Part shown: positions 19,604 through 29,013 of the stretch, one piece after another
Layout of the letters: every line of letters starts with the position of its first letter
Position numbering within the stretch: the stretch's first letter is position 1
Source of the DNA: Chthoniobacteraceae bacterium
GTDB taxonomy: Bacteria; Verrucomicrobiota; Verrucomicrobiia; Chthoniobacterales; Chthoniobacteraceae
Length of the DNA stretch: 64,000 nt
Assembly (NCBI GenBank): GCA_037190965.1
Contig: JBBCKI010000031.1
Span: 1 to 64,000 of the forward strand
Direction: 5' to 3'
Notes under the pieces: generated by a model
Databases searched by the model: none
What the model saw: only the letters and a program-made list of their open reading frames with translations
Told to the model about the DNA's origin: nothing
Program-made: the position numbers and the translations under genes

Positions 19604-21472
19604 ATGTTTGGATTCCTTAAAAACCTGATCGGTGAACGGGGAGAAACCCCCACGATTACGCCGGAGCCGCCCACGCCTCCTGCCGCCCCTCCCGTTTCCA
19701 CGGGAACTCCGGCGGTAGCTTCGCCTGCCGCTCCTGTGCCCTCACCACCAGCTCCTTCCCCGAACAAGAGCCGGATGGAGCGGGTTCTGCTCCCGCTGAA
19801 AACCATCACCGACCGTTTTCCGCCGCCGCTCCGCGCCGTGCTTGCGGAGGCTCCCGCCGCTTCGGTTTCCATCGCGATCCCGGTAGAGGATATTCTCAAG
19901 CGTCTGGCGCGGGGACGGGTCGAGATTTCCGTGCGAGAACTCCGGAGTGTCGCCCCGGCCAATACCTTCGTCTCGGATACCTCCCGCGACGAGGAGTGCG
20001 TAGAATTGCCGTTGCAGGAGCTTCTTTCCAAACTCGATCCCACCCTTCTCAAGCCCGCCTCGCAGCGGCGGATCGAAGTCCCCGAAAACATCACCAGCCC
20101 TTTCAATCGGCAAGCGTCGCCTTCAAACACGGCGGCCACGCCCTCGACCCCCGCGCCTCAAAAAGAAGCCCCTGCGGAAGAAAACCCGAAAGACAAACTC
20201 AAGAAGTCGGGCCTCGTCGAAGCCTCTTCGGAGCTTCAGGCGCTACTGGCAGGGATCAAGAAAGATTCTTCCGCCGCCCCGGTCCCTGTCGCCTCGCCCA
20301 AGCTCCAGCCCATTCCCGCTCAGGAACCGGCAAAAGCCCCGGCTGCCGACGCCAAGCCAGTCAAGCCGATCAATCTGCTCGCGCCAAAACCGCAGGCGGC
20401 CCAACCGGTGCCCCAGAAGCGGCAGCCGATTATTGACGCCCCCGGCATCAAGCTGCGGGAAGCTCCCCCACAATCACCGCAACGGCCAGCCGCGCCTAAA
20501 GCCTCCGCTACCCCACCTGCGCTGCAAGGAAACATCACGCTTCCCCTCGCTAAAATCAGCGTGGGCTGGCCTGAAACGATCCTCGAAGAAACCGCAGCCT
20601 ATCCACCCGATGCCCGCGTCGAGTTTCCCGCCGCCGAACTTGCGGCGGCGCTAAGGCAGGGGAAAGTCACGGTGCCATGGCAACGGCTCCGCGCGATGAT
20701 TGTCCCGCAGGTTCCCAAGGCATCCGGCGACTCTCTCTACGACGAGGCGCTTCTGGAACTCCCGCTGCCTGTCGTCGCCCCAATCTTCATGGCGGCCTCT
20801 AACCCCCAGGGGGCGCAACAACGCATTAAGGTGGACGAGAGCATGCCCGCGCTCTTTTCCGCAGTCCGCCCCGAGGCCAAGACCGCTCCTCAACCCACGC
20901 CCAAGGCCGAGCCAAAGCCCGAGCCAACGCCTCAACCGGCACCCGCCGCTCCTGCACCAAAGCCCGCGCCACCGACCCAGCCTGAAGCAGCCAAACCGGA
21001 ACTCAAGGCCGAGCCCGCCCCCGTCTCCAAGCCCGCCGAGCCCACGGAAGCCGCAAAACCGCCCGCCGTCCCCGCCGCTCCTACAGTCCCTGCCGCCCAA
21101 CCGGGCGCGCTTGGGCTGGACGACCGGATTCCCTCGGAACTCGTGGCCCGCGCCTGCGCCCTCAACGGGGTGGCCGGATCGGTCGTCGCGCTTTCGGACG
21201 GGTTGCTGGTGGCGGCCACGGTGCCGCCCGAATTCAAGGCGGAGACCATCGCCGCCTTCCTCCCGCAGGTCTTCTCCCGATTGGAGCAGGCTGCAGGCAC
21301 CATGCAGATCGGCGAGTTGCAGACCCTCATGTTCACGGCGGGCAACCGCCCCTGGCAGATCTGGAGAGCGGGGTCGCTCTTCTTCGCCGCCGTGGGCCGC
21401 CCCAACGAACTGCTCCCCGGAGCGCAACTGAAGATCATCGCCGCCCAGCTCGCGCGGCAAATCAAGCTATAA
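19604..21472 (+). CDS. Pro/Ala-rich protein with a duplicated unknown domain and C-terminal roadblock/LC7 domain
   Basis: C-terminal LNGVAGSVVALSDGLLVAATVP roadblock pattern; two internal repeats of about 95 aa. Confidence 0.8.
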   Translation: MFGFLKNLIGERGETPTITPEPPTPPAAPPVSTGTPAVASPAAPVPSPPAPSPNKSRMERVLLPLKTITDRFPPPLRAVLAEAPAASVSIAIPVEDILKRLARGRVEISVRELRSVAPANTFVSDTSRDEECVELPLQELLSKLDPTLLKPASQRRIEVPENITSPFNRQASPSNTAATPSTPAPQKEAPAEENPKDKLKKSGLVEASSELQALLAGIKKDSSAAPVPVASPKLQPIPAQEPAKAPAADAKPVKPINLLAPKPQAAQPVPQKRQPIIDAPGIKLREAPPQSPQRPAAPKASATPPALQGNITLPLAKISVGWPETILEETAAYPPDARVEFPAAELAAALRQGKVTVPWQRLRAMIVPQVPKASGDSLYDEALLELPLPVVAPIFMAASNPQGAQQRIKVDESMPALFSAVRPEAKTAPQPTPKAEPKPEPTPQPAPAAPAPKPAPPTQPEAAKPELKAEPAPVSKPAEPTEAAKPPAVPAAPTVPAAQPGALGLDDRIPSELVARACALNGVAGSVVALSDGLLVAATVPPEFKAETIAAFLPQVFSRLEQAAGTMQIGELQTLMFTAGNRPWQIWRAGSLFFAAVGRPNELLPGAQLKIIAAQLARQIKL

Positions 21473-21476
21473 GACT

Positions 21477-22091
21477 ATGGCGCTCATCAATCAGGCCACC
21501 AAGGAGCTTCACATCAAGATCGTCTACTATGGCCCCGCAAAGTCGGGCAAGACGACGAACCTGGAGCAAATCCACGCCAACATCCAAACCGCCCAGCCGG
21601 AGAAGAAAGGGAAACTGGTGTCGCTCTCCACGAGCGCGGACCGGACGCTCTTCTTCGACTTCTTCCCGCTGGAGGCAACCATGGTCAAAGGCTTTACCAC
21701 GAAGTTCCAGCTCTTCACCGTTCCCGGACAGGTCATCTACAATACGACTCGCCAACTCGTCCTGCGTGGCGTGGACGGCATCGTCTTTGTCGCCGATTCG
21801 CAGTACGACAAGATGCAGGAAAACGTGGAGAGCTTCCAGAATATGGAGGAGAACCTCAAGTCGCTCAACCTGAGCCTCGCGGACATCCCCTACGTCATCC
21901 AATACAACAAACGCGATCTCGACAATCCCGCGCCGATCGAGTTTCTTGAGTTCCTGCTCAACAATAAAGACGTGCAGGTTCCTTCCTTCGAAGCCTCGGC
22001 GACGAAAGTAGAGGGGGTTTTCGAAACACTCAACGCCATCACCCGGCTGCTGCTCCAGAAATTCATCAAGCAGGAAACCCACTCCGTCTGA
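21477..22091 (+). CDS. mglA: MglA-family small GTPase
   Basis: KIVYYGPAKSGKTTNL, DRTLFFDF, TVPGQV, LRGVDGIVFVADSQ, QYNKRDL match Myxococcus-type MglA. Confidence 0.92.
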   Translation: MALINQATKELHIKIVYYGPAKSGKTTNLEQIHANIQTAQPEKKGKLVSLSTSADRTLFFDFFPLEATMVKGFTTKFQLFTVPGQVIYNTTRQLVLRGVDGIVFVADSQYDKMQENVESFQNMEENLKSLNLSLADIPYVIQYNKRDLDNPAPIEFLEFLLNNKDVQVPSFEASATKVEGVFETLNAITRLLLQKFIKQETHSV

Positions 22092-22120
22092 CCCTCTTTC
22101 CCCCATCTCTCCCCGCACCC

Positions 22121-22603
22121 ATGATCCCTCAGCTCAACGAAGACGATCTGGCGGTTTTCGACGCGGTACTCCGCGATCTGGTCAAAAAAAGCGAAGCCAG
22201 CGTAGCGCTTATCGTCGAGCGCGCGGGCTATCTCATTCACCAATACGGCGAATTGCCCGGGTTTGAACCCACGCAGGTCGCCACGCTAGCCTCCAACGCG
22301 TTTGCCGCCACCGAATTCATGGCGAACCTTATCCGCGAGCACGATTTCTCGGGGATGTACCAACAGGGGAGCACCATCAGCACGCTCACCCTGAACCTCG
22401 GGCCTTCGTGCCTGCTCTTTGTCGCCTTCGACTCACAGTTGAGCGCGGGCGCGGTCAAATATTTCGCCAGCGAAGCGGTGGCTCCGCTGGTCCAGCAACT
22501 CGAATGCGCGGCGGCGCGCGCTCCCGAGAGTCTCTTCGACCCGGCCGACCTCAACCTTGAGGATGTGAGGCCGCTTTTCCGGCGGGATGCCGCCGGATCG
22601 TAA
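22121..22603 (+). CDS. mglB: MglB-like roadblock/LC7 protein
   Basis: ALIVERAGYLIHQYG, ATLASNAFAAT, FSGMYQQG, GAVKYF; adjacent to mglA. Confidence 0.85.
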   Translation: MIPQLNEDDLAVFDAVLRDLVKKSEASVALIVERAGYLIHQYGELPGFEPTQVATLASNAFAATEFMANLIREHDFSGMYQQGSTISTLTLNLGPSCLLFVAFDSQLSAGAVKYFASEAVAPLVQQLECAAARAPESLFDPADLNLEDVRPLFRRDAAGS

Positions 22604-22642
22604 AGAGGCTCGGCAGAATGGGCGAGTGACGGAATAGCGCAA

Positions 22643-22801
22643 GGTAGTCCGCTCTCGCCGAGAGCGCGGGGTCGATGAAGAGTCGCGCTTGACGTTCATC
22701 CCCGCAGGACGGGCTGCTGGTACGGGATGCGGCCATCATGAAGCCACGGGAGCCGATACCCGCGCTCGACGGCGCGAGCGGGCTACCGGTGCTGCCGCAC
22801 C
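22643..22801. repeat. REPIN-like family A copy
   Basis: GGTAGTCCGCTCTCGCCGAGAGCGCGGG ... CCCGCGCTCGACGGCGCGAGCGGGCTACC-GGTGCTGCCGCACC, between convergent genes. Confidence 0.82.
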
Positions 22802-22840
22802 GACACCCCTGGATTCCTCTGAAAATAAGCGAAGAACCCT

Positions 22841-23926
22841 CTACTGCAACTCGGGCGGAAGCTTGCCCACGATGGTCTTAATCTTGTCGGCCTCGTCCCG
22901 CTTGCACACCAGGATGGCGTCGCCGGTCTGCACCACGATGAGATCCTCCACTCCCACCAACGCCACGCGCACCTTGGGATCGGCAAAGACAATATTGTTG
23001 GCCGAGTCGAGCGCCTCCACCGTGCCGCTTACCGAATTCCCCGCTTCATCCTTCCGCCAATAGTTCGAGGCGGCGATCCAGCTTCCAACATCGTTCCAAT
23101 CGAACGCGGATTCCACCTCCAACACCCGCTGCGCCTTCTCCATGACGGCGTAATCGACGGATACCTTGGGCAGCGCGGGGAACTTCGTCTCCACCAACGC
23201 GTTCACGTCCTCCTGGCTCGCGCTGGCGCAAAGCTCACCGACAAACGCCGCCAACTCGGGCACATGCCGCTCAAGCTCTCCGACAACGGCCGGGATCGTC
23301 CAGACGAACATCCCCGCGTTCCAGCGGAAGTTCCCCTCCTTTAGAAAGCTCTCCGCCAGTTCCGCGCTCGGCTTCTCCCGGAAACGTTTCACCTCGAAAA
23401 CTCCCGGGGCTCCCGCCTCCGATTCGCTGACCGAAACCGGGCACCCCTGCTCGATGTACCCAAACGACGGACACGCCCAGGTGGGATTGATGCCGACCGT
23501 CACCGGGCAACAACCCTGTTGCGCGGCAGCGGCAGCGACCCTCAACGTCTTCTGAAATCCGGCGACGTCTGAAATCAGTTGATCCGCCGGGAGCACGATC
23601 ATCGTCGCCTTCGGATCGCGGCGGGCGATCCAGCCTGCACCGAGGGCGATTGCCGCCGCCGTGTCACGCTTGGCGGGTTCGGCCACGATGTTCTCCGCGG
23701 GAAGTCCCGTGGCCAGCGCGCGCACCGCCGCTTCCTGGTCGCGGTTGGTCAGAATCAGGATCCTTTCCGGTGGCAGCAGCCCCGCCAGCCTGGAGAGCGT
23801 CGCTTCCAGCAGAGTCTCTTCGGAGAAAAGGGAAAGGAGTTGTTTCGGTTTCGCCCGGCGGCTCAATGGCCAAAAACGTTCGCCACTTCCACCCGCCAAC
23901 ACCATTGCGTAAAGATTCGAAAGCAT
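22841..23926 (-). CDS. manC: Mannose-1-phosphate guanylyltransferase
   Basis: LAGGSGERFWPLSR, PKQ, EPAKRDTA, FREKP, SVDYAVMEK, WNDVGSW. Confidence 0.9.
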   Translation of the reverse strand: MLSNLYAMVLAGGSGERFWPLSRRAKPKQLLSLFSEETLLEATLSRLAGLLPPERILILTNRDQEAAVRALATGLPAENIVAEPAKRDTAAAIALGAGWIARRDPKATMIVLPADQLISDVAGFQKTLRVAAAAAQQGCCPVTVGINPTWACPSFGYIEQGCPVSVSESEAGAPGVFEVKRFREKPSAELAESFLKEGNFRWNAGMFVWTIPAVVGELERHVPELAAFVGELCASASQEDVNALVETKFPALPKVSVDYAVMEKAQRVLEVESAFDWNDVGSWIAASNYWRKDEAGNSVSGTVEALDSANNIVFADPKVRVALVGVEDLIVVQTGDAILVCKRDEADKIKTIVGKLPPELQ

Positions 23927-23993
23927 CGACCGCGCAATCTGGCTTGCAACTTGGCAAGGTCAAACAAATAGTGAAGTTCAACGTTACCGCATC

Positions 23994-24284
23994 ATGTCCA
24001 AGCCTCTCTTCAAATCCGAAGTGCCCGTCCAAAGTCTCGTCACGATCACGCAGACGGCCGTCAGTTGCGGCATCGGGCTCTTGCTGGCCAGCAAGCTCCA
24101 GCGCAACGCCCAACGGAACACCGCCTGGGCGATGCTTTCGGTGGGAGCGCTCTCCACGCTGCCGCTGGTCTACGAACTGATTTCCCGCCGTCTCTCCGGT
24201 CCGAAAACCGAACGCGGAATGCGCAGGAGGCTTGAATCGATTCGCGAAGACTCCGGCTTTGCGGACGACGCGGAGATCATCTGA
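23994..24284 (+). CDS. Small hypothetical membrane protein
   Basis: 96-aa ORF with two hydrophobic segments filling the intergenic gap. Confidence 0.6.
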   Translation: MSKPLFKSEVPVQSLVTITQTAVSCGIGLLLASKLQRNAQRNTAWAMLSVGALSTLPLVYELISRRLSGPKTERGMRRRLESIREDSGFADDAEII

Positions 24285-24418
24285 TTTTTCGCCGGGGGGC
24301 ACCGTTTTCGAAGAAGGCACCCCAATACTCTGGCTTGACCTCGTGAAGAGCGCCGGATTCAATGCGCTCTTCAATTTCATCCCGTTTTACCCCATCTTAC
24401 CCCTCAAAGGAGGCGCTA

Positions 24419-24880
24419 TTGGACATTAAAGACATCAAAATGCTCATCGATCTGATGAGGAAGAACGACCTCTCCGTCTTCAAAATGGAGCAGGAAGGAT
24501 TCAAAATTACTCTGAAACGCGGGCAGGAGCCGATCATCACCGCGCTCGCCCCGGCCGCTGCAACTGCCGCTCCCGCCATCGCCGCACCGGTTGCCGCTTC
24601 GGCTCCCACCGCCGCCGCCAGCGCACCCGCCGCCCCGGCAGAAACTTTCCGGGAGATCGTCTCTCCCATGGTCGGCACCTTCTACGCCTCGCCTTCACCC
24701 GATTCGCCCGCCTACATCCAGGTCGGGCAGACCGTCACGCCCGATACCGTCGTCTGCATTGTCGAGGCGATGAAGGTCATGAACGAGATCAAAGCCGAAA
24801 TCAGCGGCACGATTACCGAAATCTGCGCGGAAAACGGCAAGCCAGTCCAGTTCGGCCAGGCCCTCTTCAAAGTGAAGTAG
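24419..24880 (+). CDS. accB: Acetyl-CoA carboxylase biotin carboxyl carrier protein
   Basis: [26 protein letters not shown] before TTG start. Confidence 0.95.
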   Translation: MDIKDIKMLIDLMRKNDLSVFKMEQEGFKITLKRGQEPIITALAPAAATAAPAIAAPVAASAPTAAASAPAAPAETFREIVSPMVGTFYASPSPDSPAYIQVGQTVTPDTVVCIVEAMKVMNEIKAEISGTITEICAENGKPVQFGQALFKVK

Positions 24881-24889
24881 ATTTTGCCG

Positions 24890-26257
24890 ATGTTTGACAA
24901 AATCCTGATCGCCAACCGGGGCGAAATCGCCCTGCGGGTCATCCGCGCCTGCAAGGAACTCGGCATCCGCACGGTGGCGGTCTACTCCGAGGCCGACGTC
25001 GATTCCATGCACGTCCAGCTTGCCGACGAGGCAATCTGCATCGGGCCCGCGCCCAGCGCGCAAAGTTATCTCAAGATCGACCGCATCATCTCCGCCGCGG
25101 AGATTGCCGATGTGGACGCCATCCATCCCGGCTACGGATTTCTCTCGGAGAACGCTCATTTCTCGGAAATCTGCGGGAGCTGCAACATCAAGTTCGTCGG
25201 CCCGCCCTCCAGCGCCATCCGCTCCATGGGCGACAAGAACATCGCCCGCGAAACCGCCCGCAAGGCCGGTGTCCCCGTGACCCCGGGGAGCGACGGCTGC
25301 GTCGATACCGAGGAGGAAGCGCTACGCGTCGCCCGCAAGGTCGGCTACCCCGTCATGATCAAGGCCGTTGCCGGTGGCGGCGGCAAGGGGATGCGCCCCG
25401 CGCATAACGACATCAGCCTGGTACAAGGCTTTCACGCCGCGCGCATGGAGGCCGAGAAGGCCTTCGGCAACCCCGGCGTTTATCTTGAAAAGCTGATCGA
25501 GAACCCGCGTCACATCGAGTTCCAGATCATGGCCGACATGCACGGCAACGTGGTTCACGTCGGCGAGCGCGATTGCTCCATCCAGCGGCGCAACCAGAAG
25601 ATCGTCGAGGAATGCCCTTCACCGGTCATGACCGACGAACTCCGCAAGAAAATGGGCGAAGCCTCCGTCCGTCTCGCGGAATCGGTCGGCTACGTCGGCG
25701 CGGGCACCATGGAGTACCTCGTGGATGACAAGGGGAACTTCTATTTCATGGAGATGAACACCCGCATCCAAGTGGAGCACACCATCACGGAGGAAGCCTA
25801 CGGGTGCGATCTCGTGAAGGAGCAGATCCGGATCGCGGCGGGCGAAGAACTCACCTCCTACGTCCGCGACGCGAAGCTTCGCTACCACGCAATCCAGTGC
25901 CGCATCAACGCGGAGGATCCCTTCAACAAATTCCAGCCCAGCCCGGGCAAGATCGACCTCTATTACCAGCCGGGTGGCCGGGGAGTCCGGGTCGATACCC
26001 ACGCTTACGCGGGCTACACCGTCCCACCGCACTACGATTCGATGATCTCCAAGCTGATCGCCATCGGAACCACCCGTTCCAACGCGATCGCCCGCATGAC
26101 GCGCGGCCTCGGCGATTACCTGATCACCGGCATCAAGACGACCATCCCGTTCCAGCAGGAAATCATGCGCAACCCGGACTTCATCCGGGGCGAGTACAAC
26201 ACCGGATTTGTGGAAAAAGCCATGACCTCGGGCACGGCGTTCTTCAACCGGAGCTAA
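24890..26257 (+). CDS. accC: Biotin carboxylase
   Basis: [48 protein letters not shown]. Confidence 0.95.
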   Translation: MFDKILIANRGEIALRVIRACKELGIRTVAVYSEADVDSMHVQLADEAICIGPAPSAQSYLKIDRIISAAEIADVDAIHPGYGFLSENAHFSEICGSCNIKFVGPPSSAIRSMGDKNIARETARKAGVPVTPGSDGCVDTEEEALRVARKVGYPVMIKAVAGGGGKGMRPAHNDISLVQGFHAARMEAEKAFGNPGVYLEKLIENPRHIEFQIMADMHGNVVHVGERDCSIQRRNQKIVEECPSPVMTDELRKKMGEASVRLAESVGYVGAGTMEYLVDDKGNFYFMEMNTRIQVEHTITEEAYGCDLVKEQIRIAAGEELTSYVRDAKLRYHAIQCRINAEDPFNKFQPSPGKIDLYYQPGGRGVRVDTHAYAGYTVPPHYDSMISKLIAIGTTRSNAIARMTRGLGDYLITGIKTTIPFQQEIMRNPDFIRGEYNTGFVEKAMTSGTAFFNRS

Positions 26258-26333
26258 GACAGCGCCGCAAACCTTTCAGCAGCCCCCATTGCCTCGCGCG
26301 GTGGGGGCTGTTGCGTGACAAGACTCAGCGCTA

Positions 26334-26443
26334 CGGCGTCGCGGAGCTCCGCCCTCCGCATGGAGCGCCCGATTCCACGGCACATCTCCCGTCCTGCGCG
26401 CGCTTGCCGCGCGGTTGTCGGCGGGAGGAGTTCCACGACGCCG
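26334..26443. repeat. GGAG-type palindromic doublet (family B)
   Basis: CGGCGTCGCGGAGCTCCGCCCTCC ... GGGAGGAGTTCCACGACGCCG; homologous to 37728 and 47408. Confidence 0.75.
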
Positions 26444-26537
26444 CAACGGCCAAAGGCCCACTCTTTTGCCTCCTCTACTCAGCTTCCGCTTGGATCAACG
26501 GCAGCCGTAGCGCGCTCTATCCTCTTTTATTTAATAG

Positions 26538-27128
26538 TCAGTCTATCCCTACAAACCGATAATAGGCGCGACCGTGATTTCGATCGTAGGCAATATATTC
26601 CGTTTCATTGTAGAATCCTTTCCTTGAGGGCTTGAATTTACCAAGACGAGCGTCTCTCAAAAAGTAAACCCAGTCAGGCGCTAGCTTGTAAGCCCACCAG
26701 GATGGGCAATTGTCTTCCTTCTCGGGAATGACCTCTTGCATTTCCGCCATTGATTTCTCAATCAACCCTGCCGGGACCAAGCGCCGGACATCTTCCTCCG
26801 ATGTTTCAAAGGTCAGAAAAATGCTCCCGGTGTCTGCAAACCAATAAACACTGCTCTTGAGTCCCTTAACGGCAGGAGCAGGAGCTTGTCCAAAAGCGCT
26901 TTTGTAAACGCTCTTGGGATTCATCGAGTCGACGATGCCATAGCCGATCACCCCCACCAGTAAAATACCGCAAACCACCATCAAAACCGCCGGCACTCCC
27001 GCACCCCATTTCAACCACCCCCACCCTTTCTTCCAACCATACATTGCCAAGAGCACCAGGATCCCCCAGATAAATCCCACGAAGGCGAGCGCAAACAGCC
27101 AGAAAAGAATCACAAATGCCGGGCCCAT
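26538..27128 (-). CDS. Hypothetical membrane protein (lower GC)
   Basis: Two N-terminal TM segments and a soluble C-terminal domain; visibly AT-richer than its neighbours. Confidence 0.7.
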   Translation of the reverse strand: MGPAFVILFWLFALAFVGFIWGILVLLAMYGWKKGWGWLKWGAGVPAVLMVVCGILLVGVIGYGIVDSMNPKSVYKSAFGQAPAPAVKGLKSSVYWFADTGSIFLTFETSEEDVRRLVPAGLIEKSMAEMQEVIPEKEDNCPSWWAYKLAPDWVYFLRDARLGKFKPSRKGFYNETEYIAYDRNHGRAYYRFVGID

Positions 27129-27244
27129 CGGAGCCAGGGTAGCCGAGCAAAGTTGAAATAATCAACCAGCAAAGATCAGCGGCCACGCCCGACGCTCTTG
27201 GCGCCGATCATCAGTCCATGCGGTTTCTTCAAACGCCAAAAAGA

Positions 27245-28990
27245 TCACTGCCGCAGCAACGGCAGCCTCAGCGCGCTCTCATCCGGGGCGCTGATCGTGA
27301 AGACGCCCGATTCCCCCTCGATCGCTCCCAGGCAACCGCCTCCGGGCGCTGCCGGGCCGAGGATCAGCCGATGCGACTTGCCTTCGGCGGTCTTGAAAGA
27401 AACGACACCTGTTTTTTCCCCGGGGAGCTCGCCCCCCTTCCTTCGCATGGCAGTAAGGCCCGCGAGGGTGTTCGCCATGCTCTCGGCATTGACGGCATCG
27501 ACGGTGCCTGCTGCCCCCTCCGGCAGCTTCCAAGCCCCGCCTTCACGAACCAAAGCCACCGTCCCGGACCCCAACGAAACAATCTCACCGGCCTTATAGC
27601 CAAAGAGCGCCAGCGAACGCCATTCGGCAGAGTAGGGACTCAGGACGTCGAGAATGGATTTGTCCATCGCGACCACATACGGCTCGTTCTCGGCGCGCGC
27701 GTACACCTGTTCTCCCTCCACGAGGCCGAAGGCCGCCGTCACAATCGGCTGCTCACCCGCGACCGCCTCGGCGGTATTCTCGGACGAGTACGAGGAGAAC
27801 GTTACCTTGAGCTGCGGCTCGGCGAGCCCATACTTTGGCAGGTCCGAGGCGACATCGGCGACAAACTTGCCGATCTCCTGCGTTTGCAGCGCCTCCAGGA
27901 GAGCCTGCACCTTTGCTCCGTTGACCGGGGCCGTGGCGTCACCGTCGCGGAGGATCCAGTCCTCCTGCTGCCGCTGGAGGATCACCTTGGGTTTTCCGGC
28001 GGGAGCCAGCGTGATGCGGTCGACAATATCAAGCTCCACGCGAACCAGCCGCCGGTCCCGGAAGTCATTCGGCTGGAGCCCAAGAATCCGCTCCACACGC
28101 GGCGGCAGCAGACAAACCGAATTGCGGGCGGGCAACCGGGCATAAATATTCCCCGTCTTTTCGTCCCGCGCGCCCAACTCCAGCGTCACCGGCTGCTCCC
28201 GGCTCGTGGCGCGAAGCGTCACCACCGCGCGCGGCTCGCTCAGGCCGTAACGGTTCAGGTTTGCCCCCTGGTCGGGCGCGAAAGAAAGAATCTCGGTGTT
28301 GAGCAGGCTCCCGATCAGATCGGTCACGGCGGTCTCTCCAGCGCGCGCCTTCAGCGGTTGGCTCAAAACCCATTGCCCCGCCTGCTTCGCCAGTTCAATC
28401 TGCCCCGCCGGAATCTTCAGCGAGACATGATCCACATGCGCCCCTTCCACGTCGGTCAACCGATGATCGCGAAACGCGTCGGCAGGCCGGGCGATCAGGC
28501 TCCGAAGTTCGCTGCTCACAATATGAACGTTGTTTGAGCCCTCCAGCCGGAGATACATCTTCCCTTCAACCGCCGTCTCCTTGCCAAACAAAAACTCCGG
28601 CGGCGCGTTGCGGCCAAGGAGCTTGAGCTTCAGGTTCGGCTTGGCCACCCCAAAATTTTTGAGCTGCTTCTTCTCCAGCTCTTTTCCCGGAAACGAAGCC
28701 TCCTTGCGGAGCACCCCGCAACGGCCCAGGATCTCGGCCACCGCCGCCGCGTCGGCCCGGTCTTTGACGGGCGACTCCAGATCCCAGCGGCCTCCCCGCT
28801 TGCGAAGCTCGACCCCGGCCTCGCCTCCCGTGATGACGATGCCATCGATGCCGTCCTGGTCGAACAACGCCACGTACTCCTCCCGCAACGCCGCTTCGCG
28901 GGTGCTCGGGCGGCGCATCTCGTAAATGACGATGAACGCAAAAAGCCCGACGGTAACGGCGGTGAGAAGAAATGTCGTTTTCGTCTTCAT
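27245..28990 (-). CDS. DUF4340 domain protein
   Basis: N-terminal TM; three repeats of the W.L..P.K.RA ... L..YGL..P pattern; last gene of the Gld-like ABC operon. Confidence 0.82.
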   Translation of the reverse strand: MKTKTTFLLTAVTVGLFAFIVIYEMRRPSTREAALREEYVALFDQDGIDGIVITGGEAGVELRKRGGRWDLESPVKDRADAAAVAEILGRCGVLRKEASFPGKELEKKQLKNFGVAKPNLKLKLLGRNAPPEFLFGKETAVEGKMYLRLEGSNNVHIVSSELRSLIARPADAFRDHRLTDVEGAHVDHVSLKIPAGQIELAKQAGQWVLSQPLKARAGETAVTDLIGSLLNTEILSFAPDQGANLNRYGLSEPRAVVTLRATSREQPVTLELGARDEKTGNIYARLPARNSVCLLPPRVERILGLQPNDFRDRRLVRVELDIVDRITLAPAGKPKVILQRQQEDWILRDGDATAPVNGAKVQALLEALQTQEIGKFVADVASDLPKYGLAEPQLKVTFSSYSSENTAEAVAGEQPIVTAAFGLVEGEQVYARAENEPYVVAMDKSILDVLSPYSAEWRSLALFGYKAGEIVSLGSGTVALVREGGAWKLPEGAAGTVDAVNAESMANTLAGLTAMRRKGGELPGEKTGVVSFKTAEGKSHRLILGPAAPGGGCLGAIEGESGVFTISAPDESALRLPLLRQ

Positions 28991-29013
28991 GACGGAGATC
29001 TTGTTAAACCGCT

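Noticed and set aside
26538..27128. Lower-GC orphan gene as an integron cassette
   Set aside because: No attC-like site could be read on either side.
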